A stretch of DNA of 64,000 nucleotides from the IMG/VR virus record IMGVR_UViG_3300032294_001558. One strand, written 5' to 3'. Shown piece after piece: positions 19,362 to 28,088 of the stretch. A program made the position numbers and the translations under genes. Numbering within the stretch: position 1 is the first letter of the stretch; each line of letters begins with the position of its first letter. Under the pieces are notes generated by a model. The model searched no databases and was not told where the DNA came from. It saw nothing but the letters and a program-made list of their open reading frames with translations. Source of the stretch: a virus.

Positions 19362-22155
19362 CGTCTGTTAGCCCGAGCACTTGGGCGGCATCTTTAATGC
19401 AGTACGCACTGACTGGACCAAAGTCGGTGTCCCACCCTGCCCCCATACGCTTCTTGATTAGCTCAACTTCGCGTCCGGTCTCTTCATTAAAGAGAACGCG
19501 AATCTCTTTGGCGTTGATGTAGTTATCTGCGCACCAACGCGTAAAGTCTTTTTGGACAATAAACAGGGTCTTAGTGTCTGGCTCGTACCGCACCACCAAC
19601 CTACCCTTAGGCTTCATATACGGCTCGTTCTGCAACCCGTTGCTGCGCTGTTTAGAGTCGATAGTCAGCATGTTGTTGATGTTGTTGTTGATGAACGCAG
19701 CAAAAGTCTCGACAGCCCTAGTAGACTGTGACTGCATATCTGCGCCAGACTTTTTGACGACTGTAAGAATCTGCGCGGCGATTCTCGATATGTTGAAAGA
19801 GGTCAGTCCCAAAGTGTTAGTTATCACGCCCGCCGCCAGCGCGCAAACCACTTGGTTCAGCTTATACCGCTCTGTCTGAGTCCACGTGTGCTCCAGATAG
19901 ACCCAATCGCGAGTCTGCTCCCATACTCGCTGTACATACTCAATGTTCGAGACTACAAACGATATGAACAACGGCCCTGCGTGTCCGTAGTTGTCCTCAA
20001 GCTGGTTAAATACTTTCTGCGCGCCGAGAACATCATCAGGAACGGGTGTCCGGAGATGGATCTCAATAACACGGGCCATCTCCCCTTGCGGATCGAACTT
20101 GATTATTCCGAGCCTGTCTTCAATACTTGTGTTGCTTGACCAGATGCTGTTGCCCTTCCAAGTAATGTCGTTATGCCGCTCAGCGTTCTCCCCAGCCTTC
20201 ATACGGTCCCGCGCTCGACCTTGCGTACTGCCGTAGAGAAGCACCGACATCTCCTCTGGCTTTGTATTGGTCATCTCATCGAGGGTCATAGCAATACCGT
20301 TCAAAACCCCCATTCTATGGACCTTGGATAGATGGGTGTCTTGCGCGTCTTTCATCATCGCAGACGGGTTAGCGAAGATGGAGTTGATCATTTTTAGAAT
20401 AGTGGTTTTCCCGGTGCCACTTTTCTTAGAGAAGTAATTCAACACCCCGCCGTTCTCCGGCGAGAAATGCATCAACATACTGCCAAACCCAGTGAGCAGT
20501 CCGTAGGCGTGCAGATCACACTCAGGGCGGTTGTACATATCCACGACCCGCTTCCAGCCCTCCAGCGTGCCTTTCGGCCTGAACCAGTCTAGATATCTAT
20601 CAAGTGAGCGCGCTGCTGGAGTGTATTTAATACCCTTGTCTGTATACTCCCTATCACCAGCGATGAATGTGTTGTGCTTTGTCCAACCAAACCTCGCGTG
20701 TACGGCGTCTGCCTTGGTAGAAAGCTGCAAATCCTGAATAGAACGGGCAAAATAGTGTTGTAGCTGCTGTAGTTGCTTTTGGTTGTAAGTGGTGACGCCT
20801 TGCTCGTTCAGCTTGTCCCGAAGTTTTTCAGGAGCAGCGAATTCTTTCTGACTCATCATGAAGTCACGGACACCGTCGTTTGGCAAGTGGTGCCTCAACC
20901 ACAGCACGTCCCCTAGCTCTGAGTCGCGCATCCGCTTATAGATGTACAGGTCATGTGGGTACACCAGTTCGTATTCTTCTGGTGTGTCACCGTCATCGTC
21001 CCCCGACTTTTCCTTGTGCTTGACCATATACACGCCCCCATGCTTACCGCGAAGGTACGGCCACGGGTACGCGGGGATGTCGTAACGCCTCCCCCCTGCT
21101 TCAACAAAAGGCTTTTCTTCTACTCTCTGTAGGGCGATGGTGGCGCCAAGCTGGATAGGTGATGTGATCTTCCCTCCATGCGGGCAGCCAACGCAAAGCT
21201 CGGGACGGTCTAGAGACTGGAACGTCTCGCAGGTATAGGGGCCCTTCGTGAGGGCAGCTTTCCTCTCTGTCTCTTCGGGGCTGTAGTCAGGATGCCCCTT
21301 AGACACTTCGTGGATCGCCCAATCGCGGTCGTCGCACTGTTCGGCGATAGACAGCACCCCGCGCCAGCAAGGCTCCGTGACATTCTCTGGATGCTTGATG
21401 GCTTCAGCAATCTGCGCGCAGCCTTGGCCTTTGGTGGACTTGATCCAGATGGTTTCAAATTTACTAATCCGGTTATCCCACCCAGCCAGTGTCTTAGTGA
21501 TATTACTTAGCTTAGGTCTGCTTACCGTAGCGACAGGGGTAGGCGGTACTGCTACGTTGTTAAGGATACCGGCTAGTTTATCAAAGCTGTAGTGAACAAC
21601 ATCTGTCAGTAGAACTACTTGTGCGCCATTTTTTTGGTTGATCGTATCAGGGATACGTAGCACACGAACGACGTCCGCAGTACAGCCACCGTCTACGCTG
21701 AATCTTTCTGCTTTGCACAGCGCTTTCAGTCGCTCGGCTGCTTCAGTCCATTGGTGGACCGGCACCGCATCAGTAAATATCCAATGGGCGTGGTATCCAT
21801 TACCAGAATCGACGATTGTTGGTTTCGGTAGTTTTACCTTTTTGCAGAACTCTTTTAGAGCCTGCATTGCTTCTGTTTTGTTGCTGTACGGCTTACGGTC
21901 GCCGCAATCAACGTCTATATACAGTTCTCTCTTAGCTACAGCGTTTATAGCTTCGGCAGTTGTACCAGACCCAAACCCCGCTGTTGCGTAGTATACGTCA
22001 ACATCTTTTGGTAGTCCTTGCTTGATGTTTTCAACCATCTCTGAAGGACTGTTAAAGAATCGATTGAACGCGGTCTTGGTCTTCCTGTTTACGAATCTAA
22101 GAGAGTACCGTGCCCTTTCTGGGAGAATGCCTTGTAGGAAATCCAATTGGGACAT
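19327..22155 (-). CDS. bifunctional primase-polymerase / SF3 (D5/VirE-like) helicase
   Basis: N-terminal prim-pol motifs (ELYIDVDCGD, VDSGNGYHAHWIF). Walker A KKSGTGKTT. 942 aa. Confidence 0.8.
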   Translation of the reverse strand: MSQLDFLQGILPERARYSLRFVNRKTKTAFNRFFNSPSEMVENIKQGLPKDVDVYYATAGFGSGTTAEAINAVAKRELYIDVDCGDRKPYSNKTEAMQALKEFCKKVKLPKPTIVDSGNGYHAHWIFTDAVPVHQWTEAAERLKALCKAERFSVDGGCTADVVRVLRIPDTINQKNGAQVVLLTDVVHYSFDKLAGILNNVAVPPTPVATVSRPKLSNITKTLAGWDNRISKFETIWIKSTKGQGCAQIAEAIKHPENVTEPCWRGVLSIAEQCDDRDWAIHEVSKGHPDYSPEETERKAALTKGPYTCETFQSLDRPELCVGCPHGGKITSPIQLGATIALQRVEEKPFVEAGGRRYDIPAYPWPYLRGKHGGVYMVKHKEKSGDDDGDTPEEYELVYPHDLYIYKRMRDSELGDVLWLRHHLPNDGVRDFMMSQKEFAAPEKLRDKLNEQGVTTYNQKQLQQLQHYFARSIQDLQLSTKADAVHARFGWTKHNTFIAGDREYTDKGIKYTPAARSLDRYLDWFRPKGTLEGWKRVVDMYNRPECDLHAYGLLTGFGSMLMHFSPENGGVLNYFSKKSGTGKTTILKMINSIFANPSAMMKDAQDTHLSKVHRMGVLNGIAMTLDEMTNTKPEEMSVLLYGSTQGRARDRMKAGENAERHNDITWKGNSIWSSNTSIEDRLGIIKFDPQGEMARVIEIHLRTPVPDDVLGAQKVFNQLEDNYGHAGPLFISFVVSNIEYVQRVWEQTRDWVYLEHTWTQTERYKLNQVVCALAAGVITNTLGLTSFNISRIAAQILTVVKKSGADMQSQSTRAVETFAAFINNNINNMLTIDSKQRSNGLQNEPYMKPKGRLVVRYEPDTKTLFIVQKDFTRWCADNYINAKEIRVLFNEETGREVELIKKRMGAGWDTDFGPVSAYCIKDAAQVLGLTDDATAASSTKAA

Positions 22156-22197
22156 GACGACACGGGGTTAGCCGCGCAGGCGCAGCGGGGCAGGCAA

Positions 22198-22431
22198 TCA
22201 AGCCGGGGTGAGCCGCGAACGATAGTACGCCGCGACCTTGGGGCGCAAGTGCTTTCCCACCTCTCGCTTGCCCGAGAACCACTGGTAGACAGCAGCCTTG
22301 CAGACACCAAGGTCAAGGCAGACCTGGGTCACAGGAATCTGCCTGGAGATACACAAGCGCCCCAAGGAGACCCCGAGACGTTCGGGGTCAGCCTCCGCAT
22401 TCAGCCTGACGATCTTGGCTGAATACGGCAT
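22198..22431 (-). CDS. helix-turn-helix DNA-binding protein (77 aa)
   Basis: HTH-like IPVTQVCLDLGVCKAAVYQWFSGKR. The ATG at 22431 avoids overlap with the upstream gene; the ORF track's longer form starts at 22461. Confidence 0.55.
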   Translation of the reverse strand: MPYSAKIVRLNAEADPERLGVSLGRLCISRQIPVTQVCLDLGVCKAAVYQWFSGKREVGKHLRPKVAAYYRSRLTPA

Positions 22432-22432
22432 C

Positions 22433-23374
22433 TCAGTCGTCAGAGTCGGCGGCCCACTCACTCAGGATCGACTGCACGCTCACGGGTGCAGCGGTGGCCT
22501 TGGATTCCTTGACGGTGGGCTCGTCGGGATCTGTGGCGACGGGCGGCTTCACCTTGGCCTTCACAACGGGCGTAGCGGGCGCTGCGGGCGGTTGGGCGGC
22601 TGCCTTGGGCTGCACGAACACAGGCTGTTCGGTGGGCGCAGCGGGTGCCTCGGGGGTGCCATCAATTTCCGCCACCGTCATAGTGACTGCATCGATAGCT
22701 GCCTGATCATCCATACGAGCGATGACCTGTGCCCACTCAGCCTCTTCCAACGGGCGCACAGCAGAGAAAACGAGCTTCATGTTCGCCGAAGTATCGAAAC
22801 GCATCTCCGTGACAACCGCGTTGACTTCGATCCCATGCCCGCCAAGGAACCGCGCGTACTGCTGGAGCCCCATCTTACGCCCTTCGCCTTGTGCAAAAAG
22901 ACTGCTAGCGTTGATGTTCATGGCGAAAATGTCGCCTTCCATATCCGATGCGAGCAGCACAGCCAGACGCCGGCTATAACGGCACGCTTTGGACTCGCCT
23001 TGCCCAGAGCCCTTGATATCCTGCGGGCAACCGTTGCAGGTCTTGTGCTGCGGGGTCTTGACGTTCTCGTGCGGCTTGACGCTATCGTCGGACCAGCAGA
23101 CAGGGCGTGACTTCACGCCTTTTTCGTATTGTCCCCCGTAGTAAGTGCGAGCGTTGGCCTCGGCGGCACGAACAATCACGACGTTCATTGCGCGGTCTTC
23201 GTTGACAGCCACGGGCTTGCCGCCGACCATCATGGTGAAGACGTTGTTCTCAATACTGATCCGCTTACTGTTTCCGCCCCCCATGAGGGACTTAGTAAGA
23301 TCGCTCAGTTGCCCACGACGAAGATGCGGAGGCAGAACATTACCGGATTGAAACAGGGTGAGTTCAGACGACAT
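22433..23374 (-). CDS. putative ssDNA-binding protein (313 aa)
   Basis: Ala/Pro-rich linker followed by an acidic C-terminal tip (EWAADSDD). Cys cluster CWSDD..CNGCP..C. Sits next to the primase, as in N4-like phages (from memory). Confidence 0.4.
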   Translation of the reverse strand: MSSELTLFQSGNVLPPHLRRGQLSDLTKSLMGGGNSKRISIENNVFTMMVGGKPVAVNEDRAMNVVIVRAAEANARTYYGGQYEKGVKSRPVCWSDDSVKPHENVKTPQHKTCNGCPQDIKGSGQGESKACRYSRRLAVLLASDMEGDIFAMNINASSLFAQGEGRKMGLQQYARFLGGHGIEVNAVVTEMRFDTSANMKLVFSAVRPLEEAEWAQVIARMDDQAAIDAVTMTVAEIDGTPEAPAAPTEQPVFVQPKAAAQPPAAPATPVVKAKVKPPVATDPDEPTVKESKATAAPVSVQSILSEWAADSDD

Positions 23375-23375
23375 A

Positions 23376-23783
23376 TTAAGACCTTCTAACGGTTACAGTG
23401 TACTTTGACTCGACATTCATGCCTTTTGGCATCTTGTCAGGGTTAGACTTTAGGAATTCACTCATCGCGCGTTGCGCGATGCGCCGTTCAAGCAAATCTA
23501 GCGCGTTGTTCTCCTCGATAAACTTATGCATCGCCTCCCAATCAGATGTCCAGTAGCGGGTAGATACCCCACGAATAACTACACCAACACCGGGGATGCT
23601 GACATTGCCCCCCGCGCGCTTGCAGGTTTCAAGTAGGAATCCCTCTATCACTTCCATCTGGTCTTTGATCTTCTTATCTTCTTCTTCATATTTTGCCGAC
23701 AGAGCACTACGTGCTTCTCGCATCTTTAAATACGCTCTGACCAGTACTGGTGTCGGCGGCAGTTCACTGTGCGTCTCTTGCAT
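23376..23783 (-). CDS. hypothetical protein (135 aa)
   Basis: ORF in the operon, 1-nt gap to the downstream gene. Confidence 0.55.
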   Translation of the reverse strand: MQETHSELPPTPVLVRAYLKMREARSALSAKYEEEDKKIKDQMEVIEGFLLETCKRAGGNVSIPGVGVVIRGVSTRYWTSDWEAMHKFIEENNALDLLERRIAQRAMSEFLKSNPDKMPKGMNVESKYTVTVRRS

Positions 23784-23823
23784 TGGGGCCTCCTAGACAG
23801 ACTCGTAGTTTACATGAAAACTT

Positions 23824-26295
23824 TTAGGCGTCAAGTACCTCCTTGTACAGGTTCAGAAGCGAATCGAGGCTGGCGGTCTTGGACTCCAGCGCTTCATACT
23901 GCTTACGCTCGACCGGGGAGCCGCAGAGCTTGACCACCAAGCAGGGGTTTTTCTGGCCCGCCCGGTGGACGCGAGCATTGGCTTGGTGCCAGATTTCGTT
24001 AGAGGTCACAGGCCCCCACCACACGACAGTGTTGGCCGCGTGCAACGTCACACCATGCGAAGCAGCGGCGGGCTGAATCAACAGAATGCGTGGATCAGGT
24101 CCAGTCTGAAACGCCTTAAATATTTCTGTACGTTTATGAGCAGCTACACCACCATGAACTACTTCTACTGTGTATCCGTCTTTTTTCAGTTGGTTCTCTA
24201 GATGGTCTATTGCGTGCCGGAAAGGGACGAAGACAAGAACTTTGTGTGTGCTTTCTTCTATCGCTTCTAGTAAAACATTATACCGATGTGTCATGTCGAA
24301 CACTACGGTATTACCGTCGTCGGTATAGACCGCCCCACAGTTATGTACAATTAGCGGGGTGCCTGTAGCCCCCCGGACTACAAACCTACTGCGCGGCCCA
24401 CAGTTTACAAGGTCGTAGACTCGCTCCGTACCAGCGTAGTGAGCGCTTTCTCTAGCGGCCAGTTGTACCGAAACAGTCGCGCATGTAGCGTCGCTTTCTT
24501 TATACCGTAGACTTCCGCCGCCTGTGTTACCGTCAAACGGCCCTTTGGTGTATCCACCCACTGGTTGAACCGCGTATTGTTGGCTTGCTCCGTAGCCGTA
24601 GCCCATCGACAGTTCTCTGGACTGTACGGGCCATTCACGTTTATCCGATCTAACGCCAAACCATCGGCGTACCCTTCCTGCATGTCGGCCCAGAAATTCG
24701 CAAACGACTCTTCCCAATGTTTGCAAACAGTTATCCCCCGTGCTCCGTAATTTTGGTAGTCTTTGTCTTTTGGGTCTAAACATCTCCGCCGCATACCGGA
24801 CCATACGCGGTACGGGCGAGATTGCGTCATTCTGTGCGTTTCGTTCCCGTGATGGCAACCACAACTCCTTGGGTGCACCCTCTTCGTATTGCGAAGATAT
24901 TGGCTCTGCCTCTCCACAACCGCCCCGCAATCGCATTGACACACCCACTTCGCGCACTGACTTCCGCGCACCGTTGACTCGGCTCGCGCTAATACCACCA
25001 GGAAGCCGAACCTCTGCCCAGTCAAGTCCAGCGCCCGTCGCACGGGGTTTGAGTATGTCATCTGCCGTCGCCCATCCGTCATTTGTAAGCACCTTATGAT
25101 CTGCGGTCATACGAACCCCAGCAACGGTAACCAAGGGCTTTACACCCCGGAAGATCGCTCCTTGCTGGGCCACCCACTCCACGCCATCCCAAACGCGATG
25201 TTGTGGAGTAACGAGTTGGATTGGTAACCAACCTACGTCGGTTAATACGTCTGTGTTATACGATATACATGCTACCTGTAAAAGCTTGTTAAGATTAGTA
25301 GCCGCATTGACCGACGTTACGGTTTCTCCAGCGGCAGTCATTATAAACTGCTCTTTGAGGAGCTTGTAGTACTTAGACTGCTGCGGTGTGAGCGGGGCTT
25401 CGCGCGTGGTATACAGCAATTCCGGCAGGTCTAAGCATTCATCTTTCGTAAATCTGATCGCTGGCTGTAGTATTTTGTTAATCGTTTCGGCTGCATCAGT
25501 CTTAGGTTTCCACCTAAACTGTGTGAGTTTATACATCACTCTATCGCGGAATGTATAGAAATTTGATGGTATTGATCCCGGGTCCATCATTTTAGCTAGG
25601 CCATAAGCGTCAGTAGGACTTTGCGAGGCAGGGGTGCCAGTCAACATCCACAGCCACGTATTCGGCTGAATTAATGAGTTGATCGCTCTCCATCTTTTGG
25701 TGGTGGCGGTTTTTACTGCGTTGGCTTCGTCGATTATTACCAAATCGAAACCGCTATCTTTCAGGTCTGGTAGGACTGTTTCGACGCCATCAAAATTTAT
25801 GATGACAAACTCAGCATCGGATTGTATGACTTTAGTACGTTTCTCTCTGCTACCGTGAGCAATATCTACCCTGCGGTGCATGACCGTTTTGAACAGGTCA
25901 GCGCGCCACGCCGAGTTCATGATCGACAGTGGGCAGATCACCAAAACGCGTCTGACATGCCCCGTACGCAACAAGTAGTCCGCTGCCCACGCTACGCTTG
26001 CGGTCTTGGCGGTGCCCGGGTCGTTGAAACAATACGCTCTACGATGGAGTGTGAGAAACGAAGCTGTAGTCCGCTGGTGCGCAAATGGCGTATATATCCC
26101 CGGCCAGTTGTAGTGCTTTTCTATTGGCGATGGTACTTTCTTGACGCCTAGATTCTTTAGTACTTGGGACTCGTCTAGGCCCCAATAGACCAACACTGTG
26201 CCATCGGCTAGTTGTTTGGAACGGGGGATCGTTGCGAGCACCCGCTCGGGGTGCCGCAACTTAAGAAGCAAAGCTTTGTTCTCTACTATCTGCAT
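23824..26295 (-). CDS. SNF2/DEAD-like helicase precursor containing an intein
   Basis: Motif I DPGTAKT, motif II VIIDEAN, motif VI QANARVHRAGQ. Interrupted between ..LLQVA and CGAVYTDDG by a Hint-type element. Confidence 0.85.
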   Translation of the reverse strand: MQIVENKALLLKLRHPERVLATIPRSKQLADGTVLVYWGLDESQVLKNLGVKKVPSPIEKHYNWPGIYTPFAHQRTTASFLTLHRRAYCFNDPGTAKTASVAWAADYLLRTGHVRRVLVICPLSIMNSAWRADLFKTVMHRRVDIAHGSREKRTKVIQSDAEFVIINFDGVETVLPDLKDSGFDLVIIDEANAVKTATTKRWRAINSLIQPNTWLWMLTGTPASQSPTDAYGLAKMMDPGSIPSNFYTFRDRVMYKLTQFRWKPKTDAAETINKILQPAIRFTKDECLDLPELLYTTREAPLTPQQSKYYKLLKEQFIMTAAGETVTSVNAATNLNKLLQVACISYNTDVLTDVGWLPIQLVTPQHRVWDGVEWVAQQGAIFRGVKPLVTVAGVRMTADHKVLTNDGWATADDILKPRATGAGLDWAEVRLPGGISASRVNGARKSVREVGVSMRLRGGCGEAEPISSQYEEGAPKELWLPSRERNAQNDAISPVPRMVRYAAEMFRPKRQRLPKLRSTGDNCLQTLGRVVCEFLGRHAGRVRRWFGVRSDKREWPVQSRELSMGYGYGASQQYAVQPVGGYTKGPFDGNTGGGSLRYKESDATCATVSVQLAARESAHYAGTERVYDLVNCGPRSRFVVRGATGTPLIVHNCGAVYTDDGNTVVFDMTHRYNVLLEAIEESTHKVLVFVPFRHAIDHLENQLKKDGYTVEVVHGGVAAHKRTEIFKAFQTGPDPRILLIQPAAASHGVTLHAANTVVWWGPVTSNEIWHQANARVHRAGQKNPCLVVKLCGSPVERKQYEALESKTASLDSLLNLYKEVLDA
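24340..25269 (-). mobile_element. intein (310 aa, Hint splicing blocks, no in-frame endonuclease motif)
   Basis: Cys1 codon at 25267-25269 (CISYNTDVLTDVGW). Block-B-like RMTADHKVLT. C-terminus VYDLV..PLIVHN, with the Asn codon at 24340-24342, followed by Cys+1. Confidence 0.8.
24405..25082 (-). CDS. HNH_3-like homing endonuclease encoded in the +1 frame inside the helicase intein
   Basis: 225 codons. Motifs GQRFGFLVVL, WVCQCDCG, YQNYGARGITVCKHW, LDRINVNGPYSPENCRWATATEQANN. Frame offset from the intein start is 187 nt (mod 3 = 1). Confidence 0.65.
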   Translation of the reverse strand: MTDGRRQMTYSNPVRRALDLTGQRFGFLVVLARAESTVRGSQCAKWVCQCDCGAVVERQSQYLRNTKRVHPRSCGCHHGNETHRMTQSRPYRVWSGMRRRCLDPKDKDYQNYGARGITVCKHWEESFANFWADMQEGYADGLALDRINVNGPYSPENCRWATATEQANNTRFNQWVDTPKGRLTVTQAAEVYGIKKATLHARLFRYNWPLEKALTTLVRSESTTL

Positions 26296-26837
26296 TAACG
26301 CAACTCAAACTTACAAGCTGCCGCGCGTTCGATAAGGTCAAGGGCCTGGGTCGTAGCGTCATCAAGAGCGTTGTGCGGTACCCCTACGTTCTGCTTCTTC
26401 TCCTTCGTACCAAACATAGCCCGGATAGTTCGGTAGCAGCGGTCGTTCCAAAAATGCCAAGGGGTATCCATTTTCATGAGACGGTAGGCAGCGGCGAGCA
26501 GCGCATTATCAAAGTTTGCACCGTTGCCCCAAACCACTGCTACGTCTTGTGGAGGCATCCACATAGAGAACTTAATGAGTGCGAGGTCGATTTTAAGCGT
26601 ACCAGAAAATGCAGCAGTTCTGGCTTCTTCTGACTGTTTAGACCACCACTCCAAAGTACTTTTTTGCGCGCGGAATCCGGCTTCTTTACAGGACTCTGAG
26701 TCAATCGCAACATAGAATTTTTCGGCAATTCCTTTTTCGGCGCTGAACTTAACTGCGCCGATAGATAGGATCGTATCCCCCGGCCTTGTGCCCAGGGTCT
26801 CAAGATCAATCATTACATGCTTAAGATCGTTGTCCAT
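26295..26837 (-). CDS. DnaQ-like 3'-5' exonuclease
   Basis: MIDLETLG (DxE) and PHNALDDA motifs. TAATG coupling with the helicase. Confidence 0.75.
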   Translation of the reverse strand: MDNDLKHVMIDLETLGTRPGDTILSIGAVKFSAEKGIAEKFYVAIDSESCKEAGFRAQKSTLEWWSKQSEEARTAAFSGTLKIDLALIKFSMWMPPQDVAVVWGNGANFDNALLAAAYRLMKMDTPWHFWNDRCYRTIRAMFGTKEKKQNVGVPHNALDDATTQALDLIERAAACKFELR

Positions 26838-26858
26838 TTCTTCTCCTAAATACCAAGA

Positions 26859-26907
26859 TGGTTCGATGAGGGGATCTCATCGAACCGTAGACCCCAATCT
26901 TGTTGGG
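26859..26907 (-). terminator. two strong intergenic hairpins (terminator or RNA-processing site)
   Basis: GGTTCGATGA (26859-26868) pairs with TCATCGAACC (26876-26885). CCCCAA (26891-26896) pairs with TTGGGG (26902-26907). There is no clear U-run. Confidence 0.3.
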
Positions 26908-26930
26908 GATTAAACCCGCTCTAAGCGGTG

Positions 26931-27197
26931 TCAGGCCCCGCTTCGCGGGCTCTTGTAGTTTTTTGCGCTGTTGGCGCTAAAAGACTTAAGCCGGACGTTC
27001 CCTGGCTTGCTTTTCCCACCATCTTTGATGGGCTTGATGTGGTCTAGGGCTTTCCCTTCCCGGGAAGCTCGCCCGTGCTCTTTATCCCAAGCACGTCTAG
27101 CCCGCTGTCTTTCCGACTGCTTAGCCCGCCCACCATTTGCGAGGAAGTCTCTGTACTCTTTTTGGTGGTTTCTATCAGACTTGTTTTTGTAAGGCAT
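26931..27197 (-). CDS. small stand-alone HNH nuclease (88 aa)
   Basis: LDHIKPIKDGGKSKPGNV (DH..P..GG..N). Very basic N-terminus. Confidence 0.5.
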   Translation of the reverse strand: MPYKNKSDRNHQKEYRDFLANGGRAKQSERQRARRAWDKEHGRASREGKALDHIKPIKDGGKSKPGNVRLKSFSANSAKNYKSPRSGA

Positions 27198-27234
27198 TCG
27201 TTATCTCCAAAATCCAATTCCAACTGGACCCAGT

Positions 27235-27906
27235 TCATGTATTAGCTCCATTATGGGGACAGGTAGTAACGACGCAATGGCGACGGCAAAGCCCCGACGG
27301 ATTAGGGTTCCATACGTTTGTGCGGATTGCGGTTTCCAGTCGTTGGATATCTTGCATCCATTGCCGCCAGTAGACTTTTTCACGTTCTACTGTGTATTCA
27401 GCGGGCTTGAAGTGGTTCGCTACTACGAACAGCAGCCCGCCCTTGACCCTACGCACTGAGGGGAAGTGTTTGAAGACCAGCAAGGCCATCAACTCCAACT
27501 GTGCTGTATCTGCGTATTTGGCAGAGCGGCTCGTCTTGTAGTCCACGACCCGGGCAGAGCCTTTGTCCTCGTTGACGATCAGGAGGTCCACGACCCCCCG
27601 GCACCATACATCAGGCGCGTCAAACGCGCAAGGGTGCAGATCCTTGGTCAGGCCCATCTTGTGCTCGCACAGCTTAGTCCCGGGGATGTTTCGCAGGGCA
27701 TCGAGGTGGGGCTTGACGTAGCCGAAGGCCCCAGGCAGGGGGGTGCCGTCTCGCACGTAAGACTCGGCTGCTTCGTGGAAATTCGTGCCGTATAGCGTAG
27801 CCTCTGTGAACGGTGGCTCCACAAAGTTGCGGAAGACTTTTACCTCTGCATACTGTCTCGGACAAGTCTTAAATTTTTTTAGGCTACTAAACGACCACGC
27901 TTTCAT
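27235..27906 (-). CDS. PD-(D/E)XK nuclease, Cas4/RecB-like with a Cys cluster
   Basis: VVDLLIV...ARVVDYKTS core. N-terminal CPRQY plus C-terminal CRRHCVVTTCPHNG cysteines. Confidence 0.65.
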   Translation of the reverse strand: MKAWSFSSLKKFKTCPRQYAEVKVFRNFVEPPFTEATLYGTNFHEAAESYVRDGTPLPGAFGYVKPHLDALRNIPGTKLCEHKMGLTKDLHPCAFDAPDVWCRGVVDLLIVNEDKGSARVVDYKTSRSAKYADTAQLELMALLVFKHFPSVRRVKGGLLFVVANHFKPAEYTVEREKVYWRQWMQDIQRLETAIRTNVWNPNPSGLCRRHCVVTTCPHNGANT

Positions 27907-28088
27907 CGCCTATTTTCTTCCATTATTGAAAGAGTATGCTGGAGCAGCCGCCCTTCGACACAAAGGCTCTCGGCCTTCAACCGCGCTTTTTCATATTCGT
28001 GGCTCAGACAAAGATGGTGAATCTCTTTCGCAAGCTTTTCGATCTGTATTAGCGGCATTGCGTAGTCAACAATCTCGTCATTCTTCAT
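27903..28088 (-). CDS. hypothetical protein (61 aa)
   Basis: ATGA overlap with the downstream gene. Lies in the operon. Confidence 0.45.
   Translation of the reverse strand: MKNDEIVDYAMPLIQIEKLAKEIHHLCLSHEYEKARLKAESLCVEGRLLQHTLSIMEENRR

Noticed and set aside
22298-23110. The 270-aa + strand ORF opposite the SSB-like gene, and the 269-aa + strand ORF at 47146..47955.
   Set aside because: Both are antisense shadows. The - strand partners have protein-like composition, fit the operon, and in the 47353..47907 case are followed by a matching intrinsic terminator.
26838-26930. A tRNA or tmRNA gene in the hairpin-rich spacers (also 44853..45466 and 57909..57996).
   Set aside because: I could not build a cloverleaf. 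There is no GTTCGAATC-type T-loop with a matching acceptor stem, and the stems are isolated hairpins.
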